Shown here piece by piece: positions 10,047 through 17,230 of a DNA stretch of 64,000 nt; positions within the stretch are counted from its first letter, which is position 1; each line of letters opens with the position of its first letter. A model generated the notes under the pieces. That model did no database searches. It was not told the DNA's origin and was given only the letters and a program-made list of their open reading frames with translations. The DNA is from an uncultured Gemmatimonadales bacterium (lineage in GTDB: Bacteria; Gemmatimonadota; Gemmatimonadetes; Gemmatimonadales; GWC2-71-9), in NCBI GenBank assembly GCA_963728915.1, contig CAVSLV010000003.1, forward strand, positions 64,001-128,000, read 5' to 3'. A program made the position numbers and the translations under genes.

Positions 10047-11822
10047 ATGAACGGACCGCCACGCAATCGGTATCGCCAGCACCTCGAAGTCGAGACCCCC
10101 GAGCACGTCCTCCTCGACTACGAGATCGCCGGCATCGGAAGCCGGGCCCTCGCGAAGCTGCTCGACCTGATGCTCCTCACCGGACTCATCGTGCTTCTTG
10201 GCTTCGGGTTCTCGCTCTGGCGCCAGGTGTCCGCCTGGCTGACCGCCATCCAGATTCTGCTGGGCTTCGCGATCTCCTGGGGCTACTTCGCCTGCGCGGA
10301 GGGATTCCTCCGGGGCCGGACGCCGGGCAAGCGGGCCATGGGCATCCGGGTGATCCGCGACACCGGCCACGGCATCGGGTTCCCCGACGCGGCCCTGCGG
10401 AATCTCCTGCTTCCCGCGGACCTCTTCGGCTTCCTCGGCGCCTTCTTCATCGCGCTGCATCCCGCCGCGAGGCGCCTTGGCGATCTGGTGGCCGGCACCG
10501 TCGTGGTGCGGGATCATCCGACCCGCCGGGCTCGAGGTGCCGAGCTCGCGACCGAGCCGGCCAGCGCGGCGCCGGTCCTGAATGATCCTGAATTTCGCCT
10601 GCTCCGGGAGTTCATCCAGCGAGCCGCCGAGCTGCCGGCCGCGGCGGTCGCACGTCATACCCGATCCCTGGTGGAGCGATTCGCCCAGCGGTTTCCCGAC
10701 CGATCCCGGGACGACGCGGTCTTTCTGGAGGATCTCTATCACGAGGAGCTTGCCCGCCGCCAGGGAAAATTCGCGGCGCGGGCGCTCCACCCCGGCGAGG
10801 CGCCGACCCGCCGGCACGCCGGATCGACGGTCGATCGAATGGTCGCGCGCAAGGCGAGTCGATGGTCGGCGTTTCAATCGATGGCCGAGCGGGTGACCCG
10901 GGAGGGACTCGACGCGTTGAACGCCCGGGAGCTGCCGGAATTCGCAGCCCGGTATCGCGAAGTGGCAGCGGACCTGGCGCGGGCTCGTACCTATGGCGCG
11001 GATGCTAACACGCTGGCCCAGCTCGAGCGCCTGGTCGCGGCCGGACACAACGCGCTCTACCGGAACCCCCGCCACACCTGGCGGGGGATCTGGGACTTCG
11101 TCCTGAAACAATGCCCCGCCGCGGTGCTCGAGGCCCGCCGCTACGTCCTGCTCGCGGGCACGGTGTTCACCGTCTCGGCGATCGGGGGCTTTGCCCTGCT
11201 CCGCGAAAAGCCCGCGCTCGCGCCGGAGCTGCTGCCCGATGTGGTGCTCGAGCGGGCCGATGCGGGCGCGACCCGGAGCGCGAGCGGGCAGGGCTACGTC
11301 GTGACCGAGTCGGGGACCCGTCCGATCCTGGCCTCCTCGATCATCACCAATAACATCGGTGTCGCGTTCTCGTGCTTTGCCGGCGGCGTGTTCCTCGGCG
11401 TGGGCGCTCTGGTCATGCTGGCGTTCAATGGGCTCTTTATCGGCGCGGCCTCGGGACACTTCGCCAATGCTGGGCTGCTGGGATACCTGTGGACCTTCGT
11501 GATCGGCCACAGCGTTCTGGAAGTGTTCGCCATCTGGGTGTCCGGGGCCGCCGGGTTTCTGCTCGGTCGCGCGATGATTGCTCCGGGGCGGCTCCGACGA
11601 GGCGACGCCCTGGTGCTGGCGGGACGAAGGGCGGTCCGAATGGTGGGCGCGGCGGTGGTAATGCTGGTGGTGGCCGGGAGCATCGAGGGGTTCGTGTCCG
11701 CCGGCGAATACCCCATCGGACTCCGGTTTGGGGTCAGCGCGGGAAGTGTTCTTCTACTGGCCCTCTATCTCCTGAATGGCAGAGAGCGGGGGCGGACGTC
11801 CGCCCCCGCTCCCCGTCCCTGA
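10047..11822 (+). CDS. RDD domain fused to SpoIIM/DUF95 domain membrane protein
   Basis: ETPEHV...AGIGSRALAKLLD, GRTPGKR, RRLGDLVAGTVVVR (RDD); YREVAADLARART, IITNNI, FNG, HSVLE (SpoIIM-like). Confidence 0.88.
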   Translation: MNGPPRNRYRQHLEVETPEHVLLDYEIAGIGSRALAKLLDLMLLTGLIVLLGFGFSLWRQVSAWLTAIQILLGFAISWGYFACAEGFLRGRTPGKRAMGIRVIRDTGHGIGFPDAALRNLLLPADLFGFLGAFFIALHPAARRLGDLVAGTVVVRDHPTRRARGAELATEPASAAPVLNDPEFRLLREFIQRAAELPAAAVARHTRSLVERFAQRFPDRSRDDAVFLEDLYHEELARRQGKFAARALHPGEAPTRRHAGSTVDRMVARKASRWSAFQSMAERVTREGLDALNARELPEFAARYREVAADLARARTYGADANTLAQLERLVAAGHNALYRNPRHTWRGIWDFVLKQCPAAVLEARRYVLLAGTVFTVSAIGGFALLREKPALAPELLPDVVLERADAGATRSASGQGYVVTESGTRPILASSIITNNIGVAFSCFAGGVFLGVGALVMLAFNGLFIGAASGHFANAGLLGYLWTFVIGHSVLEVFAIWVSGAAGFLLGRAMIAPGRLRRGDALVLAGRRAVRMVGAAVVMLVVAGSIEGFVSAGEYPIGLRFGVSAGSVLLLALYLLNGRERGRTSAPAPRP

Positions 11823-11835
11823 ACCTCCGCTCCGC

Positions 11836-12894
11836 TCACGGCATCCGGTAGAAGTCCACCGCGCCGAGCTGCTCCTCGCCCCCGTCACGCTCGACCACCG
11901 CTGCCACCCGATGGCGGTTCCATGCCAGGGATCGCACCAGCCCGCGCAGCTTGACCGTCCCGAGAAACCGCCCCGTTGGCGAGAAGACGTCGACTTCGGT
12001 GGCGTGGAGATCCGCGCGGGCGGTGACGACCCACAGCCTTCCCTCGGGATCTTCGGAGAGTCCGCTCATCGCGAAGAACGGTTTGGCCATTCCGGCGAGC
12101 ACATCCTTGACGCGAGCCGCCGCGGCCGCCGGAACGGGCGTCCTGGTCGCCCCGCGCACCTTGGCCGTCTCGGTCTCGATTTCCTGGGCCGAGAAGCGGA
12201 CGACGGGCAGGTCGGGCCGCGCGAAGGTCGTGATCACCCGGCCCTTCGCGTCCAGCTCGAGGATCCGGTATTCGTTCACCTTCCCGAGATAGGTGTGGGC
12301 CCGGGTCCCCGCCGCCGCCGCGACGATGGGAGGAAGAGCCAATGGCTCGCGGTGGGTCGCCCCGAACAGGCTATCGAGGCGCACCAGCGGCTCGGCGAGG
12401 GCCCGATCGGCTTCGGTCACGCGAAGGAGGCCGAGCACCGGCGTCATCTGACGCGTGAAGTCGTACCAGGTGCAGTACAGCGCGGTTCCGGTCCACCGGA
12501 GCACCGTATTGATCACCACCGGAAACCCGACGGTGCGCTGGACCTGAAGTCCCCGGCTGAGGATCGTCGCCCGGCGCAGCCGCGTATCGACGACCAGGAG
12601 AGAGCCGTCCGAGCCGGGGATCGGCGCAGTGACCCCGCGATACTCGCCGGGACCCTCGCCGGGGCGGCCCGCGGCGGCCCGGACCCGGCCGGTGCCGGGA
12701 TCGACGAGCATAACCCGCTGCTCATCCACGTCGGCCACCGCCAGGGTGGTGTCGTCGAGCCAGGTGGACTGCATCGACGCCGTCCCGGAGAGGAGCACGG
12801 GCGGATGCTCCTCCCGGACCAGGCGGGGTGGACCCTGGGCCTCGACCGTATGACACAGCGTCAGGACGGTGAGGCCCGGGAGGAGGCGCGCCAT
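11836..12894 (-). CDS. Secreted 6-bladed beta-propeller (NHL-like) protein
   Basis: Signal peptide; GRPGEGPGEYR motif; DPEGRLWV, VDVFSPTGRFLGTV blades. Confidence 0.8.
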   Translation of the reverse strand: MARLLPGLTVLTLCHTVEAQGPPRLVREEHPPVLLSGTASMQSTWLDDTTLAVADVDEQRVMLVDPGTGRVRAAAGRPGEGPGEYRGVTAPIPGSDGSLLVVDTRLRRATILSRGLQVQRTVGFPVVINTVLRWTGTALYCTWYDFTRQMTPVLGLLRVTEADRALAEPLVRLDSLFGATHREPLALPPIVAAAAGTRAHTYLGKVNEYRILELDAKGRVITTFARPDLPVVRFSAQEIETETAKVRGATRTPVPAAAAARVKDVLAGMAKPFFAMSGLSEDPEGRLWVVTARADLHATEVDVFSPTGRFLGTVKLRGLVRSLAWNRHRVAAVVERDGGEEQLGAVDFYRMP

Positions 12895-12896
12895 GG

Positions 12897-13118
12897 TCAG
12901 GTCACCTTGAGGTTGCAGCCGAAGCGGCAACCGTCCCGCATGTCGGAGCAGAGGTACCCGCCGCCGAACAGCATGCAGAGCGAGTACATGGCATCGCAGT
13001 AGATCTGGCAGGGGCCGGTGTCAGCGCGGCGCGGCGCGGCGTGCGCCTCCACCGGCGCTCTGGAGGAGAGCAACGCGACAACCGCGACCAGGGCCGGGAG
13101 TCGAATGGGGAGTGTCAT
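12897..13118 (-). CDS. Secreted six-cysteine mini-protein A (73 aa)
   Basis: MTLPIRLPALVAVVALLSSRAPVEAHA signal; C-x3-C-x6-C-x8-C-x6-C-x3-C; GGAG RBS. Confidence 0.8.
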   Translation of the reverse strand: MTLPIRLPALVAVVALLSSRAPVEAHAAPRRADTGPCQIYCDAMYSLCMLFGGGYLCSDMRDGCRFGCNLKVT

Positions 13119-13149
13119 GAGGGCTCCGGAAAGTGAGATGGAATCGGGA

Positions 13150-13377
13150 TCAGATCGCGAACATGCAGCCTTCGACACAGCCGCTGTACCAGGCCACGCA
13201 CTGCTCGTTGCTCCGGCCGGTGCACTGGCCATTGAGCGCGTGGTAGAGGCAGGTCACCGCGCACGAGAACAGCCGGAACTCCGGGTCTCCCTGGGAGTGC
13301 GCGGGAGCGGGACGGGTGGCCAGGACGAGGACGGTCAGGGCCAGGACGGCGCCCAGACGACGCCATGAGGAACGCAT
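13150..13377 (-). CDS. Secreted six-cysteine mini-protein B (75 aa)
   Basis: MRSSWRRLGAVLALTVLVLATRPAPAHS signal; C-x3-C-x8-C-x7-C-x6-C-x3-C; AAGGA RBS. Confidence 0.8.
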   Translation of the reverse strand: MRSSWRRLGAVLALTVLVLATRPAPAHSQGDPEFRLFSCAVTCLYHALNGQCTGRSNEQCVAWYSGCVEGCMFAI

Positions 13378-13402
13378 TGGAAGGTCCTTTCGGGATGGAA
13401 GG

Positions 13403-13963
13403 TCAGAGCAGGCCTTCGAGCAGGTGGATGCTCGGTGGATCGAGCACCCCCATGACATGGAAGGCGATGGTGCCACGGTCGGTGACCAGGATCGTGGCGG
13501 GAACGACGGATATCTGCAGGGTTCGGATCGCGGTGGCGGGGTCGTCGATCCGGCTGGCGGGAACGTCGGGGCCGAAATACCCGCCAACGGCGCCGGTGAT
13601 TTCCTCCAGCGTCACCCCGACGACCTGCACGTTCCGCTCCCGCGCCAGGCTCGCGAGTCGGAGCCATTCGGATTTCTGCGCGGCGCACGCGGGACAATCG
13701 CTCTTGAAGACGAAGAGCAGGAGACCCCGACGCCCCACCGTGGGCTCCAGGAGTGCGGCGCGCCCCGCGCTATCGACGATCCGGAATGGCGTGAATGCCG
13801 AATCCAGGACGGCACCCGGGCTGGACCCGCTCGAAGACGCCGAGCCTTTGCGACTGGTGAAGAAGACGACGACGGCTCCGCACAGGGCCAGGAGCGTCAG
13901 GCCGTCGAGCACCAGGCTGAGTGTGGTGCGGGTGGGAGCGGGCGGGTTGTTCATGCGCCACAC
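13403..13963 (-). CDS. Membrane-anchored TlpA/redoxin-family thiol-disulfide oxidoreductase
   Basis: N-terminal TM; FKSDCPAC (CxxC); VVPATILV cis-Pro loop. Confidence 0.85.
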   Translation of the reverse strand: MWRMNNPPAPTRTTLSLVLDGLTLLALCGAVVVFFTSRKGSASSSGSSPGAVLDSAFTPFRIVDSAGRAALLEPTVGRRGLLLFVFKSDCPACAAQKSEWLRLASLARERNVQVVGVTLEEITGAVGGYFGPDVPASRIDDPATAIRTLQISVVPATILVTDRGTIAFHVMGVLDPPSIHLLEGLL

Positions 13964-14036
13964 GATGGCGGCGCGGGCTCAAAATCCCTTCAAATCACCC
14001 GGCCGCCGAAAAAACGCTCACGGATACCTTTCGACC

Positions 14037-14055
14037 AACCGTTGACTCGACGGTT
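14037..14055. promoter_or_regulatory. Near-perfect palindrome upstream of the redoxin/peptide operon
   Basis: AACCGTTGA-C-TCGACGGTT, one mismatch, about 75 bp before the redoxin start. Confidence 0.3.
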
Positions 14056-15936
14056 AGCGGACGCTCCCCGCTCTTGACTCCAGCCAATGGCTGCGAAAGG
14101 CGAGCTGCTCGGCCGAAGGGGTCCGGCCTGCCTCCTCGAACAGCACCGCCTCGAGCGCAGGATTCTCCCGGATCGGCAGAGTCGAGGTGTGCTCGCCACC
14201 GGTATTGGTGAAGGTGACCCGCACGCTCTCGCCTGGATGGTGCGTCGCGATGACCTCCGCGAAATCGGCCGAGCTGCTAATGGGGCGACCGTCCACAGCG
14301 GTGATCACATCGCCCGCATCGAGTCCCGCCTCGTAGATCGGCGTGCCGGCAGGCGACGAGGAGACTCGGGCAGGCTCCGGGCCCTGGCCAGTTCCCTGAT
14401 TCCCCCGGGGCCCCGCCCTCCGCTGCCACCGATCGTTCCACCGACCCAGGGCTGGTCGGGAGATGACTTGCGAAGCAGAATGCCGGCCCGCTCGAGCAGC
14501 GGGCCATAATCGGGGAATTCGTGACCTTCGACGTACCGGCTCCAGAAGTCGGTCGCCCAGGCCGAATCACCAGAGGTGGCGATCAGGACCTGCCGCGCGC
14601 CGGACATCGAATAGGGCACTTCCGGCTTACCGAAGCGGAGCCACAAGCCGCGCATGAAATCGTCGAGGGACTTGCCTCGGGTCCGGAGAGAAAAATCGAG
14701 GGCGACCGCGATGGCGGCCCCATAGGTGTAGTAGGAGATGAACGTATTCGGCGCCACCGGATCCGCCGCCGCCGCGCCATCCCGGAACGGCGCCTGGTTG
14801 CTCATCCCGATGGGCCCGTAGTAGCGACGCCCCGGCAGATTGGCGACCGCGCTCAGGGTGAACCCAAGCCCGCGAACCAGATCGGCCGCAGGCATGAGCC
14901 CGGCTCTCGCCATGAGCAACGGACCGTAGTACTGGGTAAAGCCTTCGGCGATCCATAACCCGTCGGTCATGTTGGCCTTGTCGTAATCCCAGGGCTCGAT
15001 GCCGGTGGGCCGGATCCGTTTCACATTCCAGGAATGGAAGTACTCGTGCGACAGGGTGCCGAGGCGGGCGTTTCCATCTCCTCCCATGCTGGCGCCGGTC
15101 AGGCTGGTGGAATTGCGGTGCTCCATGCCATCGCCCTGGCAATCGCTCCGGTAACACGCGACGAAGGTGTAGGTCCCGTAGTCGAACCGGGGGAATTCGC
15201 CGAACACTCCGACAGCTTCGTGTACGATCTTCTTGGCACCCTCGGCGTAGGCCTCGATCGCCGCGGCCGCGGTCGGATCATCGAGCGCGACCCGCCAGGT
15301 CTGCTTTACCCCGTCATGCTCTTCGGTCCACTCTCTCCACTGGATCTTGCCCAAGTGGGTGGGAGAGTCGAACAGGTACTGCAAACCCGGCGCGGTGAAA
15401 GTTTCGGGATCCCTGGTCGGCACCAGCTGAGTGGCGATGGTCCAGCTGGGATCAAGGCGGTGGAAGCGGACCCGGATTGGCCGGGCTTCCAGGCCTTTGA
15501 CGTAGGCGAAGACGCTCTGGGGATGGATGTGCTCCTGCTCGACATTGAAGCCGGAGTAGGTACCGCTGCCGACATTGCCGTAACTGGTGTAGCTCAGCGT
15601 TACGGTGCCGTTGTGCCCGGTCACCGTCCAGCTGTATGGATCGGGATGGGTAACCCGCAGGGTCTTCCCCGCCCCGTCCATCGCGCGGACGGAATAGATG
15701 TTCTTGGCGTATTCGGTCAGCGCGTAGCGGCCGGTCGAGGAGCGGGCGAACCGGAAGTTGACCGGGCCGGCCGGCAGCACGGTGAAGGTGGCCTTCACAA
15801 AGGCTTCGTGATGGGCCGCGTTCGGGAAGGAGATGTCGTAGACGATCTCGGGGCCCTTGTTGCAGCAGGTGACCGGGCGGAGCTGCGCGGCGAGCGGTGA
15901 GGCCGCCGCCAAGGTCCCCAGGACAAGAAGTCGCAT
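14054..15936 (-). CDS. M61 family glycyl aminopeptidase with C-terminal PDZ domain (frameshift near 14402-14406)
   Basis: GMEHRNST, HEYFHSWNVKRIRP, WIAEGFTQYY, ISYYTYG; PDZ (GTPIYEAGLDAGDVITAVDG) continues in another frame after a G5 run. Confidence 0.9.
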
Positions 15937-15979
15937 GTGAGCACCAGATGAGAGACAGGGTTAAGGATAGAATAATCGT

Positions 15980-16008
15980 TTGACTTTCGGTATTTATTCG
16001 GGTAATTT
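15980..16008 (+). promoter_or_regulatory. Sigma70-like promoter of the mutagenesis cassette
   Basis: TTGACT (15980-15985), 17-nt spacer, TAATTT (16003-16008) in an AT-rich island. Confidence 0.65.
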
Positions 16009-16025
16009 ACCGAAATAATACCGAA
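15986..16025. promoter_or_regulatory. Long imperfect palindrome (candidate repressor operator) overlapping the promoter
   Basis: TTCGGTATTTATTCGGGTAA-T-TTACCGAAATAATACCGAA. Confidence 0.65.
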
Positions 16026-16037
16026 GTTGAGCGGCTT

Positions 16038-16193
16038 ATGAGACCAGACCAGCATCACCTCTCTTCCCAACCCAAAACGGCTAACCATTTGGCAGACATC
16101 CACATCCGGGTTTGCCCCGAGTGCGCCGGCCCGCTGGCCAGGTCTGCCGGCTGTATCACCTGCCTCCAGTGCGGCTGGGGACGGTGTGGGTGA
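16038..16193 (+). CDS. 51-aa zinc-ribbon protein (not in ORF track)
   Basis: Translated by hand: MRPDQHHLSSQPKTANHLADIHIRVCPECAGPLARSAGCITCLQCGWGRCG; stop 3 nt before the radical SAM start. Confidence 0.7.
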   Translation: MRPDQHHLSSQPKTANHLADIHIRVCPECAGPLARSAGCITCLQCGWGRCG

Positions 16194-16196
16194 GCA

Positions 16197-17216
16197 ATGG
16201 CGGTCCAAGCTCAACTCGGCCTCCCACTCGAGCCGCCGCCCCGCTCACTCCCCGTGCTCGACGAAAAATCGCGCGGGGCGCGGTTCCGGGAGCTGGCCGC
16301 CCGCCGGGTCCTCAACCCGCCCGCCACGACCGGCATGGGGTTCTGGTCGCTCAATCCCTACGTCGGGTGTGAGTTCGGCTGCTCCTACTGCTACGCGCGG
16401 AAGACCCATGAGTGGGTGATGGACAGGCGGACGGGCGGACCGGCGGATGGGCGGACAGGGGATCTGACACTGTCCGCCGGTCCGCCAGACCGCCCGTCCG
16501 CCTGGGAGGCCTTCGAGCACGAGATCCTGGTCAAGAACACCGCCCCCGACATCCTCCTCCGCACCCTGGATCCCGCCAAGCTCAAGGACGCCGAGCTGGT
16601 CATCGGCACCGCGACCGATCCCTACCAGCCCGCGGAGCGGGAGTTCCGGCTGACCCGCCGGGTGCTGGAAGCGCTGCTCCGCTTCCAGGGCCTTTCGATC
16701 GGGCTCATCACCAAATCCCCGCTGATCACCCGCGACCTCGACGTGCTCACCGCGCTCAGCGAGCGGCACAAGGTCTCGGTCAACATTTCGATCGCCTCGC
16801 TCGACGGCGAGCTGCTCCGCCGGCTCGAGGCCCGAAGCCCCGCGCCCCACGCGCGGATCCGCGCGCTGACCCGGCTCTGCGGCGCGGGCATCTACGCGGG
16901 CATGCTGATCGCGCCGATCCTCCCCGGCATCACCGACGGGTGGGCCCATCTGGCCGCGCTGTTCGAAGCCGCCCGGGAAGCCGGGGCCCGGTACATCCAC
17001 GGTGCTCCGCTCCGGCTCGGTCCCGCGGCGCGAGCCGGATTTCTCCCGGTCCTGGAGCGGGAGTTCCCCGACCTGGTGCATCGGTACCGGCATCGCTTCG
17101 GTTCGCGGGTGCATGCGGGGAAGGATTACGAGCAGGCGCTCCAGCAGCGGCTCGACAACCTCCGGGAAGCCTTCGGCTATCCCGCGCGAGCCACGGCTCG
17201 CGGCCGGCGCCGCTAA
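16197..17216 (+). CDS. Radical SAM protein, SplB-like / Rv2578c-PA0069-like DNA-repair-associated family
   Basis: SLNPYVGCEFGCSYCYAR (CxxxCxxC), GTATDPYQPAE, ITKSPLITRDLD, APILPGITD. Confidence 0.9.
   Translation: MAVQAQLGLPLEPPPRSLPVLDEKSRGARFRELAARRVLNPPATTGMGFWSLNPYVGCEFGCSYCYARKTHEWVMDRRTGGPADGRTGDLTLSAGPPDRPSAWEAFEHEILVKNTAPDILLRTLDPAKLKDAELVIGTATDPYQPAEREFRLTRRVLEALLRFQGLSIGLITKSPLITRDLDVLTALSERHKVSVNISIASLDGELLRRLEARSPAPHARIRALTRLCGAGIYAGMLIAPILPGITDGWAHLAALFEAAREAGARYIHGAPLRLGPAARAGFLPVLEREFPDLVHRYRHRFGSRVHAGKDYEQALQQRLDNLREAFGYPARATARGRRR
16424..16504. repeat. In-frame 81-nt hairpin of 8-mer (GGCGGACN) repeats inside the radical SAM gene
   Basis: 35-nt arms 16424-16458 and 16470-16504 are reverse complements with about 4 mismatches; encodes RRTGGPADGRTG...SAGPPDRPSA. 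Confidence 0.9.
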
Positions 17217-17230
17217 CGCTCCGATCCTCC

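Noticed and set aside
12897..17216. Six-Cys peptides as ranthipeptide/sactipeptide substrates of the nearby radical SAM enzyme
   Set aside because: The radical SAM is SplB/Rv2578c-like with no SPASM or RRE region, is divergently transcribed within the mutagenesis cassette, and the peptides have Sec-type signals next to a redoxin, which favours disulfides
16412..17230. N-terminal part of the 1021-aa ORF as a giant fusion polymerase
   Set aside because: It is an alternate frame over the radical SAM gene; polymerase similarity starts at ATG 17231
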